Source: a bacterium (GTDB taxonomy: Bacteria; UBA8248). From it: 64,000 bases of DNA. The notes under the pieces were generated by a model. That model did no database searches and was not told the DNA's origin. It was given only the letters and a program-made list of their open reading frames with translations. Positions within the stretch are counted from its first letter, which is position 1. Each line of letters starts with the position of its first letter. The DNA is taken from assembly GCA_965261085.1 (NCBI GenBank), contig OZ253442.1:1216001-1280000 (forward strand). The letters run 5' to 3'. The translations under genes and the position numbers were made by a program. This document shows, one piece after another, positions 50,502 through 60,729 of the stretch.

Positions 50502-51293
50502 ATGAGTGAAAACGCGGGCGAAGCCGGGGCGGCCGACGCCCCACAGGCCCTCTCGGATGAGCCGATTATCCGCATCGAGGGCATGAACAAGTGGTTCGGC
50601 CAGTTCCACGTTCTGCGCGACATCGACCTCACGGTCTACCGGGGCGAGCGCATCGTCATCTGCGGGCCCTCGGGTTCGGGCAAATCGACGCTCATCCGCT
50701 GCATCAACCGCCTGGAAGAACACCAGAAAGGCGCCATCGTGGTCGAGGGCATCGAGTTGACGGGCGACCTGAAACAAATAGAAAACGTGCGCCGGGAAGT
50801 CGGCATGCTGTTCCAGCAGTTCAACCTCTTCCCGCACCTCACGGTGCTGGAGAACTGCGCCCTGGCCCCCATATGGGTGCGCAAGACGCCCAGGGCGGAG
50901 GCCGAAGAAATCGCGATGGAATACCTCACCCGCGTCAAGATTCCCGAGCAGGCCCTGAAATACCCCGGCCAGCTATCGGGCGGCCAGCAGCAGCGCGTCG
51001 CCATTGCGCGCTCGCTCTGCATGCGGCCCAAGATTATGCTCTTTGATGAACCCACCTCCGCGCTCGATCCCGAGATGATAAAAGAAGTGCTGGACGTGAT
51101 GGTCGAACTCGCCGAAACCGAGATGACGATGCTGGTCGTGACGCATGAGATGGGCTTCGCGCGCCAGGTCGCCCACCGGGTCATCTTCATGGACGAGGGC
51201 CAGATCGTCGAGCAGAACGAACCCGAAGAATTCTTCTACCGCCCCCAATCGGAACGCACGAAACTCTTCCTGAGTCAGATACTCTCGCATTAG
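50502..51293 (+). CDS. aapP: Amino acid ABC ATP-binding protein
   Basis: [26 protein letters not shown] and THEMGF motifs. Confidence 0.92.
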   Translation: MSENAGEAGAADAPQALSDEPIIRIEGMNKWFGQFHVLRDIDLTVYRGERIVICGPSGSGKSTLIRCINRLEEHQKGAIVVEGIELTGDLKQIENVRREVGMLFQQFNLFPHLTVLENCALAPIWVRKTPRAEAEEIAMEYLTRVKIPEQALKYPGQLSGGQQQRVAIARSLCMRPKIMLFDEPTSALDPEMIKEVLDVMVELAETEMTMLVVTHEMGFARQVAHRVIFMDEGQIVEQNEPEEFFYRPQSERTKLFLSQILSH

Positions 51294-51439
51294 GATCAAT
51301 CGCGACTGATGAAGGAGCGATTGTAGGCGGATGAGGAACAATTGGTCCGCAATTCCATCCTCTTCGCTCGGAATTCACTCCCACTGGTGCGGTAGCGAAC
51401 TTCGCCCTTGGACAGCATCGCGAACCAACGAGGGAGAAG

Positions 51440-51597
51440 AACCACTCCCCCCTTGAGGGGGAGTCAGCGCGGCAAGGACAATGTCCGCAGCCGCGCTGGT
51501 GGGGGGAGCTTTTCCAATTTTAGAATCGTCCCCCCACCGCATCAACCTTCGCATAAATCGCTCGGCTTCTTCGACTCCCCCTCAAGGGGGAGTGGTT
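51440..51597. repeat. REPIN/MITE-like element formed by two inverted REP-like units
   Basis: AACCACTCCCCCCTTGAGGGGGAGTC ... GACTCCCCCTCAAGGGGGAGTGGTT, with an internal GGTGGGGG/CCCCCACC stem. Confidence 0.8.
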
Positions 51598-51644
51598 GTT
51601 AGGCTTTCTCCCCGGTCGGCTCCATACGCTGAATCACGAAATCA

Positions 51645-51662
51645 GGGCTTTTTCAACGGCCC
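51645..51662. mobile_element. Possible isolated IS terminal remnant (IS5/IS1182-like end)
   Basis: GGGCTTTTTCAACGGCCC resembles such IS ends as I recall them. There is no transposase or partner end in the window. Confidence 0.3.
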
Positions 51663-51796
51663 CATTAGGGGTAAGGCTCGCGTTCAGGCGTGTTCAGTGG
51701 TTGTACTCGTGCGTGTATTGTAGGAAAGATGCGTGTCCGGCGTGGGACGCAGCGGATAATTTTGAAACCAGATGAGTTCTGAGAGGGAATAAGTAT

Positions 51797-53098
51797 ATGA
51801 GACTTAAGCCTAAACCGCTTGAAATTGGAGATGACACTGGTTTTGGTGAGCACGATCTCTTTGAGCGTAAAGATTTTGCCGAACGTCTCACCAATCTTGT
51901 TAAAAATATAGAGGATCCGACGGTCTTTTTGTTGGATGATTCTTGGGGATCTGGAAAAACCACGTTCCTGAAACAGTGGGTAGGGGAGTTGAGGCGCAGC
52001 GGTATTCCTGTTGTTGAATTCGATGCTTTCGCTCGGGACTATCAAGCCGATCCCTTCATTGCTCTGTCGGCAGAGATATTCGCTGCTGCCCAGAAAGTAA
52101 AATCGTTAGAAGAAGCTACACGCGAGGATTTTATTGAGAGAGCGAAATCACTAGGGAAAGCCTCCCTCTCCATCATTGCTCAAATCGCGATAAGCAAAAT
52201 CACCTCGGGCGAATTGTCAATTGAAGATGTCAAGAAGCTGGGCGAAACACCTATGAATGATGTTTCGGCCATTATTGAGGAACGCTTGAAATCAGCGGAA
52301 GCCGATGCAGAGCTTCTGTCTTCCTTTCGCGAAACACTTGAGAAACTGGCGAATGGAATGTCAACCGAAGAAGGAGTGCCGCTCGTCTTGATTGTTGATG
52401 AACTGGATCGGTGTCGTCCCTCTTTTGCAGTGGAACTCATCGAAAAGGTCAAGCACGTTTTCGCCGTGCCGGGCGTTCACTTCGTACTGTCGGCTCATCT
52501 ACCACAGTTGGCCAAAATCTTTCAGAATACTCACGGCCTTGGCAAAGATGAACAGGCTCTCGTCTATCTCGAGAAGTTCTACGATGTGCGGGTTAAATTT
52601 CCCGCTCCACTATATTACAGAAATACCACGACAAAGAGTTATATTGAGCACCTATGGTTTAAACTAAACTTGCCGTCTATGGATCTAAATAATGGGAGTG
52701 TTAATTTTCGTGAGTCACTAGAAAGTGTTTTCCAAAATCGTCGGGTTTCGTTGAGAACGGTAGAAAAAATCATGACGAATCTCGCCTTGTATTATGCGGG
52801 GAATTCTGCAGGAGGTGTAGAGAATGTTCTCTTCGTTACGGGCGTCTGTATTATTCGGCATAGCGATCCGGAACTGTATGAGAAAATCGCATCATCAACA
52901 GTTACATGGGACGATATCAATGGGTTCTTCGGGTTTGATAGTTGGTCCCAAGACAAGACCTCTGCTCTATTTCGAGAAAACTGGCGTCTTATATTTGGCC
53001 AGGAAGTCAGTTCTGACCTGATGAGTTTTTCAGGTAGTAAAGGAGATGCAAATCAATTGCTCTCCGAAATTACAAAGCAAATTGACAACTTCTATTAA
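51797..53098 (+). CDS. KAP-family P-loop NTPase
   Basis: DDSWGSGKT, IVDELDRCRP and YLEKFYD motifs. Lower GC. Confidence 0.88.
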   Translation: MRLKPKPLEIGDDTGFGEHDLFERKDFAERLTNLVKNIEDPTVFLLDDSWGSGKTTFLKQWVGELRRSGIPVVEFDAFARDYQADPFIALSAEIFAAAQKVKSLEEATREDFIERAKSLGKASLSIIAQIAISKITSGELSIEDVKKLGETPMNDVSAIIEERLKSAEADAELLSSFRETLEKLANGMSTEEGVPLVLIVDELDRCRPSFAVELIEKVKHVFAVPGVHFVLSAHLPQLAKIFQNTHGLGKDEQALVYLEKFYDVRVKFPAPLYYRNTTTKSYIEHLWFKLNLPSMDLNNGSVNFRESLESVFQNRRVSLRTVEKIMTNLALYYAGNSAGGVENVLFVTGVCIIRHSDPELYEKIASSTVTWDDINGFFGFDSWSQDKTSALFRENWRLIFGQEVSSDLMSFSGSKGDANQLLSEITKQIDNFY

Positions 53099-53106
53099 CC
53101 CCTTGA

Positions 53107-54792
53107 TCAACCCTCCGGCCCATAAGCCCCCGGCGCGAGGGCTTCGATGTCCGTGACGACGTCCAGAATGACGGGGCCTTTGTTCATGCTGAATGCCTTG
53201 TCGATCGCGGAGGCGAGTTCGCCCGGTTTTTCCACGCGAATGCTCTCGGCCCCCATCGACCTTGCGATCTCGTAGAAATTCGTGCGGTTGAAGCGCCAGA
53301 GTTCGTGCGCCTTTCCGTGCTGCTCCCCGCCGTAGGCGTCGTTGAAAATCTTGGTCTCCTGGTTCTGGGAGCCGTTGTTGTTCACGAGGATGACGGCGTT
53401 GATGCCCCAGCGCACGGCGGTCTCGATTTCCCCGATGTGATACCAGAAACCCGCGTCGCCGGTGAAGAGGATGACGGGCCGCTCGGGCGCGCCGCACTTG
53501 GCCCCCAATGCCGCCGGGAATCCCCAGCCCAGGTGGCCCGCCGCGCGTATGAAGCTGATGCCGGGGCTTTTGAGGTCTAGATAACCGCCCGTCCACATGC
53601 CCGAATGCCCGGTGTCGGCCAAGACGATGGCGTCAGACGGCAGTTGTTCGCTGAGCGTCTTACAAATCCGCTCGGGCCGCATGGGCGAATCGTCTGAATT
53701 TAAGAACGGCGCGAATTCCGCCCGCCACGCAGCGCCCATCTCGTTCACGCACGCGAGCCATTCGCCGCGATCTGGAGCGGGGCCGGCCGCCTCAATCAAT
53801 TTTTCGAGCGAGATTTTCGCATCGCCCATGATGGAGGCCTTAAGCGGATAGTTGCGCCCGAGTTCCTCGGGGTCGATATCGAGTTGAACGGCGGGCGTTC
53901 CTATCTTCGGTACGCGCCAGAAGTGGGTGGTCATGCCGCCCGTCTGGGTGCCGATGAAAAAGACCAGATCTGCTTCCGATACGAGTTCGTTGGCGCTGCG
54001 TCTGGAATAAGAACCCACCACGCCGACCGAGAGGGGATGATCGCCCGGGATGGTTTCCTTGCCGTTCATCGAGGTGGCGACGGGAATTTGCAGCTTCTCG
54101 GCGAAGGCGACCAACTCGGCGTTTGCGCCGGAGGTCCGCACGCCGCCCCCCGCGACGATGATGGGCCGCTTCGCCCTCCCGATTACTTCCAGCGCGCGGG
54201 TGATGCTCGCGGGCTCCGGTTCGGGCCTGAAGGCGGGCACTTGCCTGAAATTCTCCTCCACTATGAGTTCCAGATCGGCGACTTCCTGTTCCACCTGCCC
54301 TAAATTCCCGCTGAAGCGCAGGTGCACAGGCCCCGGCGTGCCCGAGGTGGCGACACGGAAGGCTTGTCTGAGCAGATCGGGAAAACGCGAGACGTCATCA
54401 ACCGTGGCGTTGAACTTCGTCACCGGGTCGAACGCGCTGATGTCCTCTGTTTCCTGGTAGGCGTTCCGGTAGCGGATTTGGGGCGTGGTGCCGCCCGAGA
54501 ACGCGATGAGGGGCGTGCAGGCGAGGTGGGCGTCGCGCAAGCCGGCTGCTAAGTTCACGCCGCCGACTATCTGGGCCATGCAGACGCCGGGGCGGCCCGA
54601 GGCGCGCGCGTAGCCGTCCGCCATGTAGGCCGCGGCCTTCTCCCCGTGCGTCAGGACGCGGGCGATGTTCGTCCCGCGCTCATCCATCTGGGCGAGGGAG
54701 TGGCTCAAAATCGTCGGCACGAAGAAAATGTGGGTGACGCCGTAGGCGTGGAGGGCGTCAGCCATGAACTGCGCCCCGCTCATTTTGGGCAT
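53107..54792 (-). CDS. Thiamine pyrophosphate-binding enzyme (acetolactate synthase-like family)
   Basis: HGEKAAAYMADGYARASG, PGPVH and GDAGF...NN TPP motif. Confidence 0.9.
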   Translation of the reverse strand: MPKMSGAQFMADALHAYGVTHIFFVPTILSHSLAQMDERGTNIARVLTHGEKAAAYMADGYARASGRPGVCMAQIVGGVNLAAGLRDAHLACTPLIAFSGGTTPQIRYRNAYQETEDISAFDPVTKFNATVDDVSRFPDLLRQAFRVATSGTPGPVHLRFSGNLGQVEQEVADLELIVEENFRQVPAFRPEPEPASITRALEVIGRAKRPIIVAGGGVRTSGANAELVAFAEKLQIPVATSMNGKETIPGDHPLSVGVVGSYSRRSANELVSEADLVFFIGTQTGGMTTHFWRVPKIGTPAVQLDIDPEELGRNYPLKASIMGDAKISLEKLIEAAGPAPDRGEWLACVNEMGAAWRAEFAPFLNSDDSPMRPERICKTLSEQLPSDAIVLADTGHSGMWTGGYLDLKSPGISFIRAAGHLGWGFPAALGAKCGAPERPVILFTGDAGFWYHIGEIETAVRWGINAVILVNNNGSQNQETKIFNDAYGGEQHGKAHELWRFNRTNFYEIARSMGAESIRVEKPGELASAIDKAFSMNKGPVILDVVTDIEALAPGAYGPEG

Positions 54793-54819
54793 CTTTTTCT
54801 CATCCTCAGAAAGTGTGGG

Positions 54820-55617
54820 TTATGAAACCTTTATCATCTGTTTCGCCTCATCGACGCTTGCGATTTTACGGCCCATCTCGCCCGCGATTCGCGCGATGCG
54901 CGCGACGTGATCGGCGTTATCCCCCAGCTCGCCGGGGTGGAGATAGGGCTCATCCTCGGTGCCCACGCGCACGTGGCCGCCGTGCATCACCGCCATCGTC
55001 TGCATGTGGATGTGGGTGGGGCCGGTGGCGCTCGCGATGTATTTGGAATCCGCCGGCAGGTTCGCCACGCGGTGTAAGAACTCGCTCAGCGAGGGCGGCG
55101 ACCACGCCCCGCCCGGACGCCCGAAGAAGCACGTCATGAGAACGGGGGGCTCCAGCAGCCCCTTCTGGAGCAGATCGTCGATCATCCACGTCTCGCCCAG
55201 GGTGAAGACCTCGAACTCGGGCTTCACGTTATAGTCCTTGCAGAGCCGCATCATCTCGGCGAGTTCCTCGCGGGGGTGGAGCATCATCACGTCGCGCGCG
55301 ATGAAGGCCATGTTGTGCGCGCCCACGGCGACGGACATCATCTCGGGATGGTTCTTCACCACTTCTTTTCTCTGCTCGACCGTCTGGGTCGAGATGCCGT
55401 ACTGGAGCATGATGTTGCACCGCTCCCGGATGGCCTTGGAATGAGACTCCCAGGCGTCGTAGTTCGTGGGGGGCGCATGGATGTGGGCGATGGACGCGCC
55501 CGCCTGATAGGCCTTTTCCACCGAATCGGCGAGGACTTGTGAATCCGCGAAACGCTGCGGCACGCCCTCGTGCATCGAGGTGTCCGCCGCGCAGTTTACG
55601 ATCATCAGTTTTTCCAT
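54820..55617 (-). CDS. Beta-keto acid cleavage enzyme (BKACE/DUF849)
   Basis: AGASIAHIH, KPEFEVF and GHVRVGTED motifs. Confidence 0.88.
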   Translation of the reverse strand: MEKLMIVNCAADTSMHEGVPQRFADSQVLADSVEKAYQAGASIAHIHAPPTNYDAWESHSKAIRERCNIMLQYGISTQTVEQRKEVVKNHPEMMSVAVGAHNMAFIARDVMMLHPREELAEMMRLCKDYNVKPEFEVFTLGETWMIDDLLQKGLLEPPVLMTCFFGRPGGAWSPPSLSEFLHRVANLPADSKYIASATGPTHIHMQTMAVMHGGHVRVGTEDEPYLHPGELGDNADHVARIARIAGEMGRKIASVDEAKQMIKVS

Positions 55618-55647
55618 GAATGGCTCCTCCCGATGCCTATAATATGT

Positions 55648-56451
55648 TTAGTTCATCCCCAGTATTTTCCTGGCCTCATCCACCGTGGCCGGGTCGCGTC
55701 CCAGTTCGTGGCCGATTCTCGCGATGCGCGCGACCAATTGCGCGTTGTTCTCGCACAGGACGCCCTCGGTGTAGTAGGGCTCATCCTCGGTGCCCACGCG
55801 CACGTGGCCGTCCCGGATGATGGTGACGGTCTCGAGCGCGTTCGAGGTCGGACCCGCCGAACTGCACGAGAACACGCAGCCCTCCGGCAGGTGGTCGATG
55901 CGGTGGATGAGTTCGCGCAGCGTCGCGGGGGCGTAGAAACCGCCCGGCCAGCCGAAGAAGATGGTGATGACGACCGGGTCCGCCACCAGCCCCTTGTCCA
56001 GCAGCCACTCCAGGTTCCACAGGTGGCCCAGGTTGAAGCATTCGAACTCGGGCTTCACGCCGTTGTCGTTGAACAGGCGCACCTGGTCTTCTATCTCCTG
56101 GCGGGAATGCTCGACGAGCAGGTCGGCGTCGACGAAGGCGAAATCATGCGAGCCCAGGGCGATGGAAGCCATATCCGGCTTCAAGTGGATGATCTTCTGG
56201 CGGCCCGGCAGGCCCATCGCGGCGATTCCGAACTGGATCAACACCTCGGGGCAGGCTTCGCGCACCGCGTTCGTGAGCGGCTCCCAGCTTTCGAGCTTCA
56301 TCGGGATGCCGTGGATGTGGGCGATGGCCGCGCCCGCCTCGTAGCTTTCCTTGATTTCCCTGGCGACGGCCTCGGGCGTCTGGAGCCGCTTGGGGACGCC
56401 CGCGTGCTTCCGGCTGTCCGCCGCGCAGTTGGTGATGATGAGTTTCTCCAT
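55648..56451 (-). CDS. Beta-keto acid cleavage enzyme (BKACE/DUF849), second paralog
   Basis: AGAAIAHIH, KPEFECF and GHVRVGTED motifs. Confidence 0.88.
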   Translation of the reverse strand: MEKLIITNCAADSRKHAGVPKRLQTPEAVAREIKESYEAGAAIAHIHGIPMKLESWEPLTNAVREACPEVLIQFGIAAMGLPGRQKIIHLKPDMASIALGSHDFAFVDADLLVEHSRQEIEDQVRLFNDNGVKPEFECFNLGHLWNLEWLLDKGLVADPVVITIFFGWPGGFYAPATLRELIHRIDHLPEGCVFSCSSAGPTSNALETVTIIRDGHVRVGTEDEPYYTEGVLCENNAQLVARIARIGHELGRDPATVDEARKILGMN

Positions 56452-56488
56452 TCGTTGCGCTCCTCAGGATGTGCTTGCGGTGTTTTAT

Positions 56489-57262
56489 TTAATCCAGGGA
56501 ACCTTCCACGTAGAGGAGGCTTCTGATCTTCTGCGTGAGTTTGACGAACATCTCATCGCCCATGGTGGAGAGCGAGCGCGGACGCGGGATGTCGACGGGG
56601 ATGATCTCGGAGATGCGCCCCGGCCTCGGCGTCATGACGATGACCCGATCGCCCAGGAACACGGCCTCGGGGATGGAATGGGTGATGAAGAAGACGGTTT
56701 TTTTGCTCTCCAGCCAGATTCTCTGGAGCTCGAGGTTCATCTGCTCGCGCGTCATGGCGTCGAGCGCGCCGAAGGGTTCATCCATCAGCAGAACGCTCGG
56801 GTCGTGGATGAGCGCGCGGATGATGGCGTTTCGCTGGCGCATGCCGCCCGAGAGTTCATGGGGGTATTTGTCCTCGAAGCCGTCCAGGCCCACGAGGCGG
56901 ATGAGGTCGTGCGCGCGCGGGAGTGTTTTCTTGATGTCCAGCCCCAGAATTTCCGCGGGCAGCATGGTGTTCTGGAGCACGTTTCGCCACAGGAGCAGAA
57001 CCGGGTCCTGAAAGACGACGCCCACGTCGTTGCGCGGGCCGTCGATGGGCGTGTTCTTGAGCGCGCAGGCCCCGGAAGTCTTGGCGAGCAGGCCGCCCAG
57101 GATTTTCAGGAGCGTGCTCTTGCCGCAGCCGCTCGGACCGACGACGGTGATGAACTCCCCCTCGTCGATCTCGAAGTTGATCTCCGTCAAGGCGTGCACG
57201 ATCTCGCGGCTCGCGGTGATGTATTCCTTTTCCAGATTCGATACCGAAATGTATGCGCTCAT
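56489..57262 (-). CDS. NitT/TauT-family ABC ATP-binding protein
   Basis: GPSGCGKST, LSGGMRQR, DEPFGALD and THSI motifs. Confidence 0.92.
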   Translation of the reverse strand: MSAYISVSNLEKEYITASREIVHALTEINFEIDEGEFITVVGPSGCGKSTLLKILGGLLAKTSGACALKNTPIDGPRNDVGVVFQDPVLLLWRNVLQNTMLPAEILGLDIKKTLPRAHDLIRLVGLDGFEDKYPHELSGGMRQRNAIIRALIHDPSVLLMDEPFGALDAMTREQMNLELQRIWLESKKTVFFITHSIPEAVFLGDRVIVMTPRPGRISEIIPVDIPRPRSLSTMGDEMFVKLTQKIRSLLYVEGSLD

Positions 57263-57329
57263 CTTTCTCCGAAACCCCCGGAGGAGCGAGTTGCTCCCCC
57301 GGGGGCCGTATCCCTTAAAAATTTCGCCT

Positions 57330-58250
57330 CTAGGCGCCCATCGTCTTGTCCGTCTCGGGCGCCCAGAAGAGCACTTTTTTCTTCACGAAGCGCACCACCT
57401 GGTGCATTCCCAGTCCCATGACCGAGAGGATCACCAGGATGGCGAACGTGCCCGTGGTGTCGCTGCTGAAGCTCATCTGCATGAGCAGAATTCCCAGACC
57501 GCACTGGCCGCGGCCTCCCCACATGCACTGGCCCGCGCCGACGAACTCGCCCAGAATCGCGCCGAGCAGGCTGAACACCACCGCGATCTCGAAGCCCGCG
57601 AAGATGAAGGGCAGGGCGTTTGGGAACTGCATCTTCCAGAACATCTGCCAGCGCGAGGCGGAGAGCGAGCGCATGAGGTCAATTTGATCCGACGCCGCGG
57701 ATTTGAGCCCCACCATGGTGTTCACCAGAAGCGGGAAGAACGCCACGAGGCCGGCGAGGAAGATTTTCGACTTCACCTCGTAGCCGAACCAGATGATGAA
57801 CAGGGGCGCGATGGCGAGCTTGGGCAGGGTCTGGAACGCCACCACGTAGGGCATGATGATCGCCTCGACCCATTTCGACTGCATGAACGCCAGCCCCAGC
57901 CCCAGCCCAATGATGCTTCCCATGAAAAAGCCCATGATGGCCTCGAACAGCGTGTGGCTGATGTGGTTGTAGAAGCTGGTCTTCATCAGGCCCATGAAGT
58001 CCGCGGCGCCCTCGACGTCCCCGCCCACGTCGTAGAAGAACAGCCCGCGCATAAGCGCCGTCGCCACACCCGAGGGGGCGGGGAAGATGAAGTCGTCCAC
58101 CTCGAAATAGCGCACCGTCCATTCCCATACGACCAGCAATATCACGAAGGAGACGGCGAACAGCAGATACGGCCTTTGCAGCAGCGTCTCTGAAAGCGAG
58201 GGGCCGCCTGCGATCTTTGGTGTTTCGCTTCCTTGGCTGTCGGTTTCCAT
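57330..58250 (-). CDS. NitT/TauT-family ABC permease
   Basis: FPAPS, LPKLAIAPLFIIWFG, NALP and GEFVG motifs. Confidence 0.9.
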   Translation of the reverse strand: METDSQGSETPKIAGGPSLSETLLQRPYLLFAVSFVILLVVWEWTVRYFEVDDFIFPAPSGVATALMRGLFFYDVGGDVEGAADFMGLMKTSFYNHISHTLFEAIMGFFMGSIIGLGLGLAFMQSKWVEAIIMPYVVAFQTLPKLAIAPLFIIWFGYEVKSKIFLAGLVAFFPLLVNTMVGLKSAASDQIDLMRSLSASRWQMFWKMQFPNALPFIFAGFEIAVVFSLLGAILGEFVGAGQCMWGGRGQCGLGILLMQMSFSSDTTGTFAILVILSVMGLGMHQVVRFVKKKVLFWAPETDKTMGA

Positions 58251-58263
58251 TCCGCTTTCCCTG

Positions 58264-59409
58264 TTATTTCTGCATCTTCATCATCGCCTTGAAGCGCTTG
58301 ATCTCCTTGGCGAAGTCGAAGTTTTTCGCCCGCTTGATGACCTCGTTGCGGTCGAAGTTGTTGACCTCGTCGATCAGCTCGTTCGTGTAGAGGGATTCCA
58401 CCTGCTCTTTGGTCAGCGTCTTGTCCAGGCCCACGAACTTCACGTACTCGGCCCACTCGCCGTCGTGGTGCGCGCCGAACTTGTTGATTTTCTCATCATC
58501 CAGGCGCAGCTTGGGGGCGCGCGACTTGAGCACCTTGATCATCCGGGCGGTGGCCTGCGCGTCGCTCATGCCCTTGGGTTTTGATTCGGGATAGAGCACC
58601 CAGTGGATTTTAAGAGAGGCTTCCGGGTTCGTGTAGAAGAAGAGGCTGCCCTTGGCCAGGCCGCGCAAAAAGCCGACCACGGTGTCGCGGTTGCTCGCCA
58701 GGAACTTCTTGTTGATCCACACGACGTTGCCGAAGAGGTTCTGCGTCCATTCCTTCTGGTAGGGGATCATGTCGAACTTGAATCCGGCCGCCTCCGCCAG
58801 GGTGTACTGGATGTCCACGTTCGCCCAGGCGTCCACGCGGCCGAGCTTCATGGCGGCGGCGGCTTGGGAGGCCGGCCCGACCGGAAGATACGTCACCTCC
58901 TGCTTGGCGGCGGGGATGCCGCAGGTCTCGAGCGCTTTTCTCACGAAGATGGGCCCTGAGTCGCGTTGGCTCATGACGCCCACTTTTTTGCCCTGCAAGT
59001 CGCAGACGGATTTTATCTTGCTGCCCGGCGGCACGGCCACGCCGTCGGCGTAGATGGCGTCTCTGTTCAGGATGTAGACGCCCATGACGGGAGGCATCTT
59101 CTTTCCGCGCGCGGCGCGGAAGAGAATCGGGATGGGCCTCGGCAGGCCGACGTGCGTGCGGCCCGAGAGGACCCAGCCCATCGCCTGGGCTCCGCCCTGG
59201 GCGGCGACGAACTGCGCGTCCACGCCGCTTTCCTGGTAGTAGCCGAGAAAATTTCCGATCCACAGGAAGGAAATGCCCGGGTTGAACAGCGGATTCGCCA
59301 TCGTCACCTTGATGTTCTTGAGTTTCATGGCGGCTGTGGACGGGGCCGGCGCCGCGATCAACAGCGCGAACAGGGCCGCGACGGCGATTACGAGTCGAAA
59401 CTTTTTCAT
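58264..59409 (-). CDS. NMT1/THI5-like ABC substrate-binding protein, copy 1
   Basis: Signal peptide, LGYY, DLQGKKVGV and FLRGLAKG motifs; 381 aa. Confidence 0.88.
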   Translation of the reverse strand: MKKFRLVIAVAALFALLIAAPAPSTAAMKLKNIKVTMANPLFNPGISFLWIGNFLGYYQESGVDAQFVAAQGGAQAMGWVLSGRTHVGLPRPIPILFRAARGKKMPPVMGVYILNRDAIYADGVAVPPGSKIKSVCDLQGKKVGVMSQRDSGPIFVRKALETCGIPAAKQEVTYLPVGPASQAAAAMKLGRVDAWANVDIQYTLAEAAGFKFDMIPYQKEWTQNLFGNVVWINKKFLASNRDTVVGFLRGLAKGSLFFYTNPEASLKIHWVLYPESKPKGMSDAQATARMIKVLKSRAPKLRLDDEKINKFGAHHDGEWAEYVKFVGLDKTLTKEQVESLYTNELIDEVNNFDRNEVIKRAKNFDFAKEIKRFKAMMKMQK

Positions 59410-59457
59410 GCGAGTTCTCCTTACTTGGGAATTATGAGTCAGGAAAATATCCTCTTT

Positions 59458-59508
59458 CTAGTCCTCTACTATAGCGACCGGGCGCACCCATTCGCCGCTC
59501 GCGCTCTT
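59458..59508 (-). repeat. Diverged copy of the cyclase 3' tail
   Basis: Encodes KSASGEWVRPVAIVED* versus KDASGAWVRPVAIVED* at 60730..60780. Confidence 0.9.
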
Positions 59509-59553
59509 TGGGTCTTCATTGCTCAGGCCGGTTGTTTCCATTGCGCTTGTCTT

Positions 59554-60699
59554 TTATTTCTGCATCTTCATCATCGCCTTGAAGCGCTTGATCTCCTTGG
59601 CGAAGTCGAAGTTTTTCGCCCGCTTGATGACCTCGTTGCGGTCGAAGTTGTTGACCTCGTCAATCAGTTCGTTCGTGTAGAGGGATTTCACCTGCTCTTT
59701 GGTCAGCGTCTTGTGCAGACCCACGAACTTCACGTATTCGGCCCACTCGCCGTCGTGGTGCGCGCCGAACTTGTTGATCTTCTCATCCTCAGGGCTCAGC
59801 TTGGGCGCGCTCGCCCTGAGCACCTTGATCATCAAGGCGGTGGCCTGCGCGTCGCTCATGCCCTTGGGTTTTGATTCGGGATAGAGCACCCAGTGGATTT
59901 TAAGAGCGGCTTCCGGGTTCGTGTAGAAGAAGAGGCTCCCCTTGGCCAGGCCGCGCAGGAAGCCCACCACGGTGTCGCGGTTGTCCGCCAAAAACGTCTT
60001 GTTGATCCACACGACGTTGCCGAAGAGGTTCTGCGTCCATTCCTTCTGGTAGGGGATCATGTCGAACTTGAATCCGCGTGCGCGGGCCAGGGTGTATTGA
60101 ACGCCCACGTTCGCCCAGGCGTCCACGCGGCCGAGCTTCATCGCCATGGCCGCCTGGGAGGCCGCTCCGACGGGAAGATACGTCACCTCTTGCTTGGCGG
60201 CGGGGATGCCGCAGGTCTCGAGCGCTTTTCGCACGAAAATGGGTCCTGAATCGCGCTGGCTCATGACGCCCACCTTCTTGCCCTGCAAATCGCAGACGGA
60301 TTTTATCTTGCTGCCGGGTGGTACGGCTACGCCGTCGGCGTAGATGGCGTCTCTGTTCAGGATGTAGACGCCCTTGACGGGAGGCATCTTCTTCCCGCGC
60401 GCGGCGCGGAAGAGAATGGGGATGGGCCTCGGCAGGCCGACGTGCGTGCGGCCCGCGAGCACCCAGCCCATCGCCTGGGAGCCGCCCTGGGCGGCGACGA
60501 ACTGCGCGTCCACGCCGTTTTCCTGGTAGTAGCCGAGGAAATTTCCGATCCACAGAAAGGAAATGCCCGGGTTGAACAGCGGATTCGACATCGTTATCTT
60601 GATGTTCTTGAGTTTCTTGGCGGCCACGGACGGAGCCGGCGCCGCGACGATGAGCGCGAACAGGGTTGCAGTGGCTATAGCGAGTCGAAACTTTCTCAT
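59554..60699 (-). CDS. NMT1/THI5-like ABC substrate-binding protein, copy 2
   Basis: 381 aa, near-identical tandem paralog of 58264..59409. Confidence 0.88.
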   Translation of the reverse strand: MRKFRLAIATATLFALIVAAPAPSVAAKKLKNIKITMSNPLFNPGISFLWIGNFLGYYQENGVDAQFVAAQGGSQAMGWVLAGRTHVGLPRPIPILFRAARGKKMPPVKGVYILNRDAIYADGVAVPPGSKIKSVCDLQGKKVGVMSQRDSGPIFVRKALETCGIPAAKQEVTYLPVGAASQAAMAMKLGRVDAWANVGVQYTLARARGFKFDMIPYQKEWTQNLFGNVVWINKTFLADNRDTVVGFLRGLAKGSLFFYTNPEAALKIHWVLYPESKPKGMSDAQATALMIKVLRASAPKLSPEDEKINKFGAHHDGEWAEYVKFVGLHKTLTKEQVKSLYTNELIDEVNNFDRNEVIKRAKNFDFAKEIKRFKAMMKMQK

Positions 60700-60729
60700 G
60701 GGATGCGCCCTCCTGAAAAATTTCTCGTC

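Noticed and set aside
54820-56451. BKACE pair as another recent tail-type duplication
   Set aside because: Both are full-length and substantially diverged, consistent with an old paralogy rather than a cassette junction.
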